A DNA stretch of 64,000 nt from the human T2T-CHM13v2.0 reference genome, Homo sapiens. Location: assembly GCF_009914755.1 (NCBI RefSeq), contig NC_060933.1; one strand, given 5' to 3'. This document shows positions 48,895 to 61,720 of this stretch, piece by piece (positions within the stretch are counted from its first letter, which is position 1; every line of letters begins with the position of its first letter). The notes below the pieces were generated by a model. The model searched no databases and was not told the DNA's origin. It saw nothing but the letters and a program-made list of their open reading frames with translations. Both the position numbers and the translations under genes were made by a program.

Positions 48895-49678
48895 ACAGGG
48901 CTGCGTGGCCAGCTGGGTGTGGGAGGTGCCAACACAGTAAGGGCTGCTCAAGGGGTGGCCGGGAGCGATACGGGGGGGTTGCTCAAGAAATCACCGCTGG
49001 AACTGGGATCCAGTCATCCCACTTCTGGACGTATCGCCTAAGGACACGAAATCGGGTTGTGGTGCAAATATGTGTCCTGCTGCATTGGTTGTCGGCACGC
49101 TGCCTGTAACCAAGACGTGGAATCGACCGAAGTACCCTTCAGCAGATGACTAGAGAAGGACAAATGAATAGGGTTCGTAGAACAAACACATCAGGGAAAG
49201 GAAAGGAAAGCCTGTCATCTGGGACGTTATGCATGGACCCAAAAGTCATGGTGCCCAGTGAAATCAGCCAGGCCCATCCGACCCGTATTGCGTGATCTCC
49301 TTGTGATGTTGGATGGAGAAAATGCTGTGAGGATCAGGAAAGTAGAGAGGAGAAAGGTGGTTGGCTGGGCCTGGGGCCGGTGTAGGGGCAGGTGTAGGGG
49401 CAGGGAAAGGATGCCAATGCGAGATGTGGGTCAAAGGGCACAAAGTTTCCGAGAGACAGGTGGAGTGCTTCCTGGATATCCGTGGCAGGGCAACGTGAGT
49501 ACGGTGGAGCAGAATGTAAGGTTCTCGTGAATATATCCACGGGAGTAGAGCTGAAAATTCTCCTGACGCGGGGACAGGGGACGCATGTGTGGTGATAAGT
49601 GTGTGAATTCGGCCGATTCTAGTGAATTCCCTAATGAAGACGTCACACACGGTTAGTGTGTATCATATTTATTGTCGT
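48895..49678. repeat. Terminal partial monomer with increasing divergence
   Basis: Matches monomer positions 1-765 but with many private substitutions and a 12-bp duplication (GGTGTAGGGGCA x2 near 49380). Similarity ends after ATATTTATTGTC. Confidence 0.9.
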
Positions 49679-49684
49679 TTAAAC

Positions 49685-51190
49685 TGGACTGATCCAGCTG
49701 CCGATGGGTTCCTGTGTTTATCTCTACAGCCTTCTTCTTTGCTTTGTGAGCACGTGAGTCAAAGAAAGAGCTCAATTGTCGGCAGGAATCGGGTAGAAAC
49801 TCAGGAAGTTTGGGAAAGGAGATTCAGATATTTGGGGCCCTGCCTGTTTTTGGCAAGCCATAGAAAATTTGTTTCCAAAGAGCTGTGCCCAAAAGGGAAA
49901 AGCTGAAAAGAAATTTTAATGTCTGGAATGCTAGTGTCATGGGATTCATTCATGGTCTTAAGTCTTTTATATACATCTCAAGGGCCCTCCAAACGAGTCA
50001 GCATGGATTGTAGTGTGGCCTTTCTAGAGGGTTTGTTGTTCAGCTTGTTTTCTGAGATGCCCGGAAGATAATTATTGTCTAATATGGGGAGAAAAGGGCA
50101 TCCTGGTGCAATGTTGCTGAGATAGTCAATTAGGCCAGTGGTGGTAAGGAGCAATGTGGAAGCTGTTTAATTAATAATTAGTGGAACTGGGATCTAAGCA
50201 TTCCCATCTGGGCATACAGCCTAAGGAAATCCATGTACACAGTAAATATGTACGAGATTATGTTGGTTGTAGGCTTTTTCTTTTTGTAAGGTACAAAATT
50301 TTCCTAGGCATCAGTGGAGACATAAAAAGGAATACTATTCACATTTTTAGTGGAAAATCTGTCATTTTTGACTTCATGAATAAACCTGAAGTTTTCCTGT
50401 CTAGTGGGCAATCCAGGCCTGTAATGTTGATATTGCGTGATCTCACTTGTATGTGGGATCAACAAAGGTGAAAATTATAGAAGTTTAGAGTGGATAGTTG
50501 GGCTTCATGGCCTAGGGCAGGGGCAAGATGGGCATAGGGAGATGTTGGTCAAAGGATACAATTTATCAGAAAGTTAACTAGAGATTTCTGGATATTTATG
50601 ACATGGCAATGTGAATATAGTTATACATATGTATTGTACACTTGAAGATGGCTATGAGAGCAGATTTCAGAATTCTCAGCACAGGATTCGAAGCATGTGA
50701 GGTGATAAATATTAATTAGTTTGACTTAATTCCCAATGAAGATATAATTCATATATATATATGTATATATAACTATATATATTATTTTCTTTAATGAATC
50801 TGGGAAAAATATTACATTACCAACAAAGATGAGAATGAAAGAAAGAAACACACTAAAAAAAATACAACATTAACAGGGCTGATCTGCAGTTCATGTGTAT
50901 TGATTTACCACCTGGATATTTTGATCTATATCTGAGGTTCTCTCCAGCTTGTCCTTCAATATTGTAGATGCACTGGTTGCTCTGTTGACCCCAAGCTGTC
51001 TACCTGAATGTCACCCATCAGCTTCAGCTGCTTTGTGCAGCGCTCTCATGGTTTCTATCACATCTGTCTTCATAAGAAAGAAGCAACTATTCCAAGACAC
51101 GCAGTGGGACATTCGCCTTCCAACTTTTTCTCCAAAGTTTACCAAGTGTTCATCACTAGCTAGGGGGACAACTTCCAACTTTAGGTTAGA
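49685..51190 (+). repeat. Highly diverged, AT-rich relic of part of a monomer (equivalent to ~5055-6635)
   Basis: Colinear anchors: GTGAGCACGTGAGTCAAAGAAAG (~49746) vs GTGAGCACGTGAATCAAGGAAGG (~5127); TGGAACTGGGATC (~50182); GGTCAAAGGATACAA (~50547); TTCCAAGACACGCAGTGGGACATTCGCCTTCCA (~51090) vs TTCCAAGACACCCAATGGGACATTCCCCTTCCA (~1088). Confidence 0.88.
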
Positions 51191-51534
51191 GTAGATGAGA
51201 TTCTATTGTAAAAACTTTATATACCTCAAGGAAGTGTGCATTTTGGGGGAAATAGGCTGCAAACTTGATTATTACCAACATGTGTAGTCATCCCTCTTGC
51301 AAGTTGAAATGAATGATTTTTTAATTAATTGATTCTCTATATTAACTATATTTACTTTGTTTCTTCATCAGTGTGAGATTTCTTTTCAGACTAATAACTT
51401 GAAAGTGTGATGATATTCTTTACGCAGTTTGGATGACTGAATGATATTTAGGAATTGATTTAGGAGAGCCTGCTGAAAGCAGAAAGACTAGATATTTTAT
51501 ACCCTTGGAGGTTTTGGTCAAGCATTCCAGAGTC

Positions 51535-52480
<946 letters not shown>

Positions 52481-52489
52481 TAGTACATG

Positions 52490-53285
52490 AAAGAACTTTG
52501 AATACTTATTACCAAGTGAAAAAAAAAACCTGAAATGGCTGCATACTGTGTGATTCTAACTATATGGCACTCTGGAAAAGACAGAACTATGGAGACAGTA
52601 AAAGATCAGTGGTTTTGGTCAGGCGTGGTGGCTCACACTTGTAATCCCAGCACTTGGGGAGGCTGGGTTGGGAGGATTGCTTGAGGCCAGGAGTTCAATA
52701 CAAGCTTGGGCAGCATAGTGAGACTCCCATCTCTCCAAAAAGTTTTTTAAAATTAGCAGATGTGGTTGTGTGCACCTGTGGTCCTAGCTGCTCGGAAGGT
52801 TGAGTGGGAGGATCACTTGAGCCCAGGAGTTTGAGGCTGCAGTGAGCTATTATTATGCCACTGAACTCAAGCCAGGGCAACAGAGTGAGACCCGGTCTCT
52901 AACAAAACAAAACAACCAAAAAGATCAGTGGTTGCCCTGGGTTAAGGGGAGGAAGTGATGAATAGGCAGAGCACAGGGCATTTTTAGGGCAGCAAACCTA
53001 TTCTGTATGATACTATAGTGGTGGATACATGTTATTTTATATTTGTCAGAACCCAGGGAATCTACAACACCAAGAGTGAACCCTAATGTAAACTATGGGC
53101 TCTAGGTGATAATGATGTGTCAATTCAGATTCTCCGACTGCAACAAATGTACCACCCTGGTGAGGGATGTTGACAGTGCAAGGGCTGTATGGTGAGGGGA
53201 GGGGGGAATATGGGAACTCTCTGTGCCTTCTGCTCAATTTTTCTGTGTGCCTAAAACTGCTTTATAAAATGAAGTGTTTTTTAAA
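52490..53285 (+). mobile_element. Old L1 (L1MC-like) 3'UTR fragment hosting an Alu
   Basis: CATACTGTGTGATTCTAACTATATGGCACTCTGGAAAAGAC..., ACACCAAGAGTGAACCCTAATGTAAACTATGG, TATGGGAACTCTCTGTGCCTTCTGCTCAATTTTTCTG. Confidence 0.78.
52617..52918 (+). mobile_element. Alu (AluJ-like) with 15-bp TSD
   Basis: GGTCAGGCGTGGTGGCTCACACTTGTAATCCCAGCAC...; AAAAGATCAGTGGTT on both sides (52600-52614 and 52919-52933). Confidence 0.93.
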
Positions 53286-53739
53286 TGAATATCCTGGAAA
53301 CAATACCTATATCAATTAAATTAACATAGTTATATATTTCATTAATAATGAATATCTGCTGCTTGATTAGAATGAGAGTGAGAAATGGGTCCCAAACTCT
53401 CATATTTTTGTCTTTCAGCAGCAACTCAGAGACAAGAAGATGTTAGAGCTAGAGCTTGAAAAGGTCAGGTTTTGCTAGTCAACCCAAGACTTAATTTTTC
53501 CTTTCCAAGAAATTTCATGTCCCCAGTGGCTGAGGGCCTCAGTTTTTAGACTCGGTCCTCAGAAAACAGAGCTCTTCAAGGAGAGGCTCCAAGGAAGTAA
53601 GTCAGAACCTGGAATACTTGTCCTAATCTTTGTTCTGCCCCTTTATGTGAATTAAACAAGGATGGTGCAGGGCAATGGGTCTTCACTGCTAGATGATGTG
53701 GTGAGATGTAATAGACGAAGCATTGGTTGTTTGGCAGGC

Positions 53740-53890
53740 AGAAATTTGAGGTCTTGACTTTAGTCAAGTTTCAACTTCCCTAAATTTCAGACTCCTCATT
53801 TGAAAGAGCCCCTGGTTTGCCAACATCATAGTGTTGTTGTGATGATTCCCTGGAACAATGTGCATGGCAGGGCTTGCAAATGACAAAGCA
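53740..53890 (+). mobile_element. Degenerate MIR fragment
   Basis: TGACTTTAGTCAAGTTTCAACTTCCCT...CAGACTCCTCATTTGAAA...TCATAGTGTTGTTGTGATGATT resembles the MIR core. Confidence 0.5.
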
Positions 53891-54303
53891 TGGTACACAC
53901 ATAAGCCCTACTAGTATTGACATTGACCCTTTGACCTAGCACAAGTAATCCCTGGTGCTCAGGGTAACTATTGAAATAGTCTATTCCCAATAAAGCATTT
54001 AACTCAGCTTCCAACAGATTTCCTTTGCTCCTACATTCGGTTGACGTTACCTGGGCTCCTGATATTCCAGCACAGAGAGCTCACCAGAAAGTCTCTAAGG
54101 TGGTACCAGACCAACCTTCTCTTTGAAAAGGGTGATTAATCTCTTCTGTTATTCTAGGTATCCCTCTTCCTTGCTTGCCTCATAGAATTCTAGGTCCCCT
54201 GTGCAGCATGGTGTTGACCTGACAACAGAACCATAGGAATGAAATGTGAAAGGAAGTGGTGGGATAAGTGATAAAAGGAGAGTGGCAAATTCAGAGATGT
54301 GGG

Positions 54304-54903
54304 TGAGGCAGGATAGGCAGTCAAGGAAGTAGCAATGTCCTCAGGACATGGCAGCCATGATGGTACAGTCAACACAATAAACCTCAGCATTCGCATTGTA
54401 GTCCAGCTCATTCAAGCAAAGCTATCTCTAGTAGGGAATTTCCCCTGCAGAGAGTATGTGCATTTTGATTTCACCTGTCCTCAAACTGACTCTTTGCTCA
54501 TTATAATAGTAAAAAACATACCCCTGGGTGGAGATTTAAGATGCTAATGAGATATGCAATCTATGAACAAATATGTACTGCTACTGCATCTGTGCACCCA
54601 GAAAACCACCCAGAATATGCTTACTAGTAACAACTTTTCCCAACCCCTTATGAATAATCATGTCCAACTCCCATAAAGGGAGTCGCCCTAGTGCCAGTCT
54701 TTACTGTCTCATTCTTACGAATAGCCCACCCTGAATCCTCTCTCCCTCAGGGTGTACTGTCTATTCTGCACTTAACTCTCAAAATATTCTTTTTCTTTTG
54801 CAATAAACTACTGTATACTGCATTTACTTCGCTGTGTGTCTCTTGTTTAAATTCTTTTTAACTAAGAAGGCAAGAACTTGAGGTCCCACAACAGCTGTCA
54901 ACA
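54304..54903 (+). mobile_element. ERV1-class solo LTR (MER66-like), 600 bp
   Basis: Starts TGAGGCAGGATAGGCAGTCAAGG and ends GCTGTCAACA; 4-bp TSD TGGG on both sides; AATAAA at ~54802. Subfamily is tentative. Confidence 0.85.
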
Positions 54904-55086
54904 TGGGAAAATGGGACATCACTAAGCCTGCCAGTCAAGACTATCCCCATTCTCCTCCAGGACACACTTTTTGCATCTTGTATCCTATAGGCACCTGCAT
55001 GTGCTTCCTTTTGAGGATAGATGTATAGAGCAGTTACATCAAAATCCATGGTGTAAGGAGCAAGATAGAGCAACCATGAAAATGTA

Positions 55087-55430
55087 CTGTCTGAGTCCAT
55101 TTGACAATGGACTATAAAAATACCACAAGCTGTATGGCTTATAAACCACAGAAATTTATTTCTCATAGTTTTGGAGACTGCACAGCCCAAGATCCAGGTG
55201 GATTCAGTGTCTAATGAGGGCATATCTTCTCACTGTAACCTCATATGGTGGAAGCAGCTAGCTAGCTCTCGGTGTTCTCTTTTATAAGGGCATTAATCTC
55301 ACTCATGAGGGTTCCACCTTCATGACCTAATCACCCCACAAAGGCACCACCTCTTAATAATACCATCATCTTGGGGGTTATGATTTCAACCTATGAATTT
55401 TGGGAGACTCACACATTCAGACCATAACAC
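55087..55430 (-). mobile_element. MaLR LTR (MLT1A/MST-like)
   Basis: GGCTTATAAACCACAGAAATTTATTTCTCATAGTTTTGGAGACTG...CATGACCTAATCAC...ACATTCAGACCATAACA. Confidence 0.82.
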
Positions 55431-58400
55431 ACATATTGTTTAGTGCCAGGAGCTGAGGGAAGATGTTTGTCCGTCTGTCTGTCTGTCTCTCTCTCTCTCC
55501 CCACGGGCTCAATTGAGTCATCATTCATTCTTGCTTACATACTTCTGACCTCAGACTGGATTGAAGTATCCCCTCACTTTCCTTCTTTTCATTATCACGA
55601 CTTGGTGCCTTTCTTCAATCACAGCACTGTGTGATACTGGATCCAAGATTGTTCATGGATCATATTTTGCCACCCCCTTTGCCTTCTACTCACAGAACAC
55701 ACTCGGATCCTTCTATACTCAGAACACACTTGGGATCCTATTTTGCAACCAGTACCTGCCTTTGTTTTTGGACCTCACCACCTCACCTGACCCCACACTC
55801 TCCCAAGATCTCGAATTCTCACCAAGTTGACCTGCCCATGGGTTCCATTAATTCATTGTTTTGTTTTCCTACGGTAACAAGGCTTTATGGGAGAGGCCCA
55901 CCCAAGTTCCAGCTAAGCAAGGTCTTGGACAAAGGCCTCCTCCATTGGTCCATGAGGGGCCCTAAATGTAACCTAATGAGGGGTTTAGAAATCTATTCAG
56001 TGAAGGGTCCTCTGGGAAGGGACAAAATGTGGCTCGGTAAGGTACTCAAAGAATGGATTATCAAGAGGCCCAAGGGAAAATCTAAACCAGAAAGACTGAA
56101 AACATCTAGAACATACAGTTGGGCAAGAATATGGGAAGATCAATTCTGGGGGGATGTGTCCTTCATGGACTGCTGCACACTCTACACTGCTCAATCCAGG
56201 GAACTTCATCCTAGGAAGTCAGAACCAGACATTTGACAGTCTTGTGACTGGAATATTATCAGAACTAGTCTCAAGACTTTTCCTTTTTTATCTATGTCCT
56301 CAAAAGTTTTTAGAAGCCCAAATTATGTGGCTTGGGATACACTTTTTGAAGTCTTCAGATACAAAACACTGTTTAACAATCCCCATTCCCAACCCCTTCC
56401 CCAGTCTAAGTTTTGTTTCTCATCAACCCATGTATGATTCAAGGGCTGACTTTATAGCTGTGCCCATGAAGCTTCTTAGAAGAAACCCTCAAGCAGGTCA
56501 GAGAGAAGAGGTGATCCTGGACAAGATATTATCAACAAATCAAGAGAAAGAGGACCTTAGGATACTCATAGCAGAAGGAGATAAATTAGGGGTTGCAGGA
56601 TTGGAGCCCATTCACCCTATGGAGAAGAGTCATCCAGCACAGGAGAGGTGATTGGCAGAAATTCTTGGTACAAGATGCCCAGTTCTTGCTATGGACTCTT
56701 AAAGCATATCTTAAAAAACATGAGGCATTTGTTTCAGTGCTTTTATCCAATTAAACAGAGAAGAAAAGAAAAGGCTGGCCAGGAGCATGCCAGCCTTTTT
56801 TTACAAAGCGCAAGCCCACCAGAAATCAGGGCTACCTCTGCGGACAAAAGGATGCTGAAACTCAAAGAGCAAGTCAGTTATTTGGCCAGAGCCTAAAGAA
56901 AACAATAGGGCTGAGAAGTGTAATTAATGCAAGGGAAAGATGTCCACTCACTGAGGAACTCAGTGAGTTAGATACTCACTGAGTTAGAACTCAGTGAGGC
57001 TCAGGCAGAACTCAGAGTTAGATATTCCTGTGACTGAAAGACTCCCTATTTCCTGAAGAAGGAAAGGGCTGACATCTGCATCCTGCAGCCTTCAAGTAGA
57101 TTATAAGAGTCTGCATGATCTCAATAATAGGCAGGTCACAGATAGCTTGGAAAACCAAAGAATGTGGTGTGGTTTCATGATGAGCAATTTGAGGCAATCC
57201 ACTTCCATCTTCTCTGAGTAGCCTGTATCTCTGGGCAGGCCCTGGCAGCCTGGACCAAGGATCCAAGGGACATCAGGCCATCCCCATGCCTCCTCAGGCT
57301 CTGTTTATAAGGTTTGTTTCCTCAAGTCAGCCAGAGAGTTCTCCTCCATCCCCTCCTCCCAGCAACATTTCTCTCAAGAAATATTTTCACCCAATTAGAG
57401 AAAATGTATTGCTGCTCACAGTATAGTTCCTCTGAAGAGTCTTGTCTCTGTTTCTCATTTACAGTGGTAGTCATTCTTACCATATATAGCTGTTTCTCCT
57501 TAAAGAAAAGTGGTTTCTTCTGTCTTTGCCATGTTTGGAGAAGTTGGGTGTATCTTAAGACTGGGCTTAGAGAAAAGAAGTCAAGTCCAGCTCTTACTGA
57601 TGACTTGACTTCTTGGGTTAGGGAGGGGTTTTGACAGTGGCATCACACACCTCCCTCTCTCCCAGGTTCTATCATTTGTTCAATGAATACCTCCTTTCTA
57701 ATAAACACAAAACCCAACTGGACAAGTGTTTAGAGGCTTAAATAATGAGAATAAAATCTGTTAAAGAACAACCCTCACAATCTAGACTTATGCTCTCTGC
57801 TCCTTCATCATACTGAACTGTATGCAGACATATGGTGTTATTCTTGGGGGTGCATAGGCACCACAGGGCCACAAGTGTCCTACTCAGCCCTCAGGCAGGG
57901 CAAGGGATAAGAAACTTCACACATCTCAATGTGGAACTGGAGTTTGGGAGGCTTGAGGCCCTGAGCTCAGGGGATAAGGAACAATCCTCATGACCCTAAA
58001 TACATTGGTGAAGAAGAGCTACCTCTTGCACCCAAGATCCCATCCCTTTCCTGATTGAGGCTGGGGAGATGCTTCCCAATTCTTAACATAGCCTTAATGA
58101 AAATATGCAGTTGACTACCAACTCCCCTTGACTCTCCCTTTGTGACAGATTCTGGAGTATCAAGGAAGGAGAAATCTTGGCTCTATTTGTGGATTAGGAA
58201 GTGGGCAGAGGAAGAGGCCAGAGGGAAGAGGAAGGGTAAGGTCTTAGCAAAGCTGAGGGTGAAAGAACTTATTATTACTGGGCTTGGGAAAGACAAAACC
58301 AACACACTCCCCCCAAAAAGTGTCCATGTATTTTCAAGTACACTGAACTCATTCTCCAGCCACTGAAAGCTAGCTGGATTCCCTCCCAGGGACATGAAAA

Positions 58401-59905
58401 TCAGCCTATGGCTGGGCCACCTTGCCCAGTCTCTCATCCACCACAAAACAGCTCAACTCTGAAAGTGTTCAAGCATAAGATTATTTTCCAGAAAATAGTG
58501 TTTTGTGAAAGCTAGAAAAGGTAGCCACTGTCCAGTGGCCACAGAGATGGGTGAGCTTCAAGGGGACAGGTTTTGGGGGTTATTGCTAAGGTAGGTCATC
58601 AGTGGAGATAGCAAGGCCAAGGAACAAGTTATGTGCTCCTTAAGGATCTTCTGTATATCTGGGGTTCATCTATCTTAACACAAACTTGGAACTCAACATC
58701 TGGGAAAAGGGAAGCCCCTCCCTATAGGGACTCAACATGGCGCCTGGCTTGATGACAAAAGGCAAGGAAATCAAATAATCTTCAATAATGAGATGGTTCA
58801 CAGGGCACCTGCACAGTGCCTGCAGGCAAATAGGAAGATATTGGGGTTTGAGTGCCTAGGAAGGAAGAAAACCAGTGAGGAGAAGAAAGATTGACCCAGC
58901 CGGTGGAAAATATGGGAATATTTTCATAGTCACTAATTATGGCATTCTCTCTCCTGCCAAACACACACACAAAACCACACACATACATAAACTCACACAC
59001 GCTGACCTAGTTTTCCTATTTGCTGTGACTGGCAAGGACTCCATAGAACATAATAGTGCCATCTTGGCCGAAGGGTGTGTGAGCTTGTCTTGAACATAAA
59101 CACAATGTCGGTATGGATGTTTTTGTGCTTGGACATTTCTTTGTGGGTAAGTGATATTTTTGCCTTCCTTACCGCCATACTTTATTACAAATGTGTAGAA
59201 TGTTGCCCATGGTGTTAATAATTCATCCAAGAGGGTTTAGGTGCTCCCTATCATCTCCATGTGCTTGATACAGTCCTGGGAGCTCCCCTCCATGGATTCC
59301 TACAGGCCATGCATTTTATGTAGGTTGCTCACTGCTATCTAGTGAGCATCTAGTATCCCCAGCATCTAGTGCTTAGCATTTATGTGGTACTCAGGAACCA
59401 CTTAGGAAACCAAATGACCGATGGGAGGTGTATCTGGGGATAGGGCTTGCCCATCATGTCTTGGGATGGACCCATCCTAAAAGGGGAGGGAAGGAGGCCT
59501 GATAGGCATCCAACTCAAACTGTCCAGTGGAGGTCACTAAAGACTTCACTCTGGAACATGAGCTCTGCCTTCATGGCTTCCAGAAGACAAGAAGTAGAAG
59601 TGTAACCTCACAAATTAGGTCCTGGAGGACACTTCTGGGTTACTAGAGCTTCTTTCAGCCCTTTCTGATGGATCCCCCACCTCTGCCTCAGTGGGCAGTG
59701 ATTGGCCTTGTGAGTCTTTGGGGGGCTGCTGTGTTCAGAAGTGACCCTGGGCCCTCAGAATCTCATGCATGCTGTGGCTTTAGAATGTACTCAGAGAGGT
59801 GTTGACTGAGCTGGGCCTGCTGCAGATGCATGTACCTTCTGTGGTGTAACTCTGTGGAGATGAAAATAGTAATAGTAATAACAATAATAGTAATACTATT
59901 AACTA

Positions 59906-60498
59906 CTGTACAAATTTTCCATGGCCACTGCAATACCACCACAAACTTTGTTCTTAAAAGAACACCCATTTATTATCTCACAATTCTGTAGGTGGATTCA
60001 GAAGTCTGGATGGAATCTACTGGACACTCTGCACATGATCCCCAAGGTTGAAATCAAGGCTGCAGCTATTTGGGCTCCTGTCTGGAGATTCTGGGGGAAA
60101 ATCAACTTTGAAGTTCATTCAGGATGTTGGGAAAAATCAAATTCCTTACACCTACAAGTCTGAGGCAGGTTTTCCTTTTCTGACTGTCAGCTGGGAGCTG
60201 CCATCTGCTCCTCTGGGCTTCCTGTATTCTCTCTAACATGGCTGTCTCCATCTTCAAAGCAGCAACAACTTGTGGAGTCTCTAACTTGGAATCTTTCTCT
60301 GCCAGGCAGAGCAAGCTTTCCGTTTTTAAGGGCTCGTGTGATTAGATTAGGCCCACTGAGAAGATCATTTTCTGTCAATGGATTAGTAACCTTAATTGCA
60401 TCTGCAAAATCCCTTTGGCTACAAAATGTAATATAGTCAGGGAAGTAACAATAGGGGGCAGAAAGATATGATGGAGACCAAATTCAGCTTGCTACCAC
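59906..60498 (-). mobile_element. MaLR LTR (MLT1D/E/F-like)
   Basis: CCACAAACTT...ATTTATTATCTCACAATTCTGTAGG...CTCCATCTTCAAAGCAGCAAC...TGATTAGATTAGGCCCAC...ATCTGCAAAATCCCTTT. Confidence 0.8.
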
Positions 60499-60669
60499 TC
60501 GAGTCCATTGAGGTCACTCCATGTACTGGCCTCAAAGCCTTCAGCTTGAGCCTGCAATTTTATGTTATAAAATAAAACTATTATACATGTACATGAGTAC
60601 CTTTTGTTCTCCAAAATATAAATTCTAAGAAATACTATCTGCAAAATAAACATATAAAAAGAAAGTTCA

Positions 60670-60974
60670 GGCCGGACGCAGTGGCTCACGCCTATGATCC
60701 CAGCACTTTGGGGGGCCGAGGTGGGCTGATCACGAGGTCAGAAGATTGATACCATCCTTGCTAACATGGTGAAACCCTGTCTCTACTAAAAATACAAAAA
60801 ATTAGCCGGGTGTGGTGGCACATGCCTGTAGTCCCAGCTACTTGAGAGGCTGAAGCAGGAGAATTGCTTGAACCAGGAGGCGGAGGTTGCAGTGAGCCGA
60901 GATTGTGCCACTGCACTCCAGCCTGGGCGACAGAGCAAGACTCCATCTCAAAAACAAACAAACAAAAAAACAAA
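60670..60974 (+). mobile_element. Alu (AluSc/Y-like)
   Basis: GGCCGGACGCAGTGGCTCACGCCT...GATCACGAGGTCAG...GACTCCATCTCAAAAACAAACA. Confidence 0.95.
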
Positions 60975-61504
60975 TTTCAATCAATCTGACTAATTATTGA
61001 ACATATTTTTATTCCTTTGCTGCTAAGGTCATCATTAGTTCTAGGCTTTAGTGAATATACCCATGCTTACATACATACATTTCAGTTGATTAGGCAACTT
61101 TAAAATATATGAGTAGCCAGAGTTTGTAAAAACCATTTTGCCACTTTTTCATGAGAACCTAGTTCTCTTCTTACTTTTCATTGAGGAAAATATTCACATT
61201 TTATAATGCTCACCCAGTAGGCAATAAAAATTGCTGTGTGTTTCCTATTTATCCCTATCTGAGTGGGGGTCTTTATCATCATTACCTTGTCTCCACAATA
61301 TACACAGAGCCACATCCAGCCACTATGGGGAAGAGTACACATGACCAACCCCACGTTCCAGAACACTGATGTGGATGCATTACTAGATAATACTTTGGCT
61401 GGCTCCTAACATCTTCTTTGGAGATATAGTGAATGTGCTCTACCTGAGGGGGAAAGAGAAACATGAATTTTGGTGACCTAAAGACCACTCTGCAGTAGAG
61501 TCTA

Positions 61505-61720
61505 TGCTATATGTTCACCAAGCCCAATTCACTTTCCCCTTGGACACAGCAAAATATTGCATCCCTTGCAGTTAGTTGGGGCCCCATGAGTGAGTTTGCT
61601 CAATGCAACATGAAGAAAAGTCATGGATGCCATGTTTGTACTTGGCTATATATATTTTCTGTATGCAATCCTCCTGTTTCTCTTCTCCATCTGTAGCAAC
61701 AATGGAGACTACATGTCAAA
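61505..61720 (+). mobile_element. Old MaLR (MLT1J-like) fragment
   Basis: TTGCATCCCTTGCAGTTAGTTGGGGCCCCATGAGTGAGTT resembles MLT1J/K; short and degenerate. Confidence 0.45.

Larger units (their letters stand above)
1..49678. repeat. Macrosatellite tandem array: nine ~5.43-kb monomers plus a partial tenth, continuing beyond the left window edge; possibly the 9q32 ZAV macrosatellite
   Basis: ACAGGGCTGCGTGGCCAGCT recurs at 1, 5427, 10871, 16301, 21729, 27155, 32579, 38027, 43451 and 48895 (unit lengths 5426, 5444, 5430, 5428, 5426, 5424, 5448, 5424, 5444). The ORF track repeats with the same period. The ZAV identity is from memory of its ~5.3-5.4 kb monomer and is less certain than the array call. 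Confidence 0.97.

Noticed and set aside
1-49678. CRISPR array, prokaryotic system, rDNA or U2/5S RNA gene array
   Set aside because: Alu/L1/ERV content shows primate DNA. There is no repeat-spacer structure and no rRNA, snRNA or tRNA sequence that I could recognise in the monomer.
1-49678. D4Z4, DXZ4, RS447, CT47, PRR20 or TAF11L identity
   Set aside because: The monomer length differs, and no homeodomain, USP17, PRR20 or TAF11-like translation is present.
55631-56651. 201-aa and 165-aa plus-strand ORFs in the flank
   Set aside because: No recognisable domain, non-ATG starts, and no supporting splice or promoter context.
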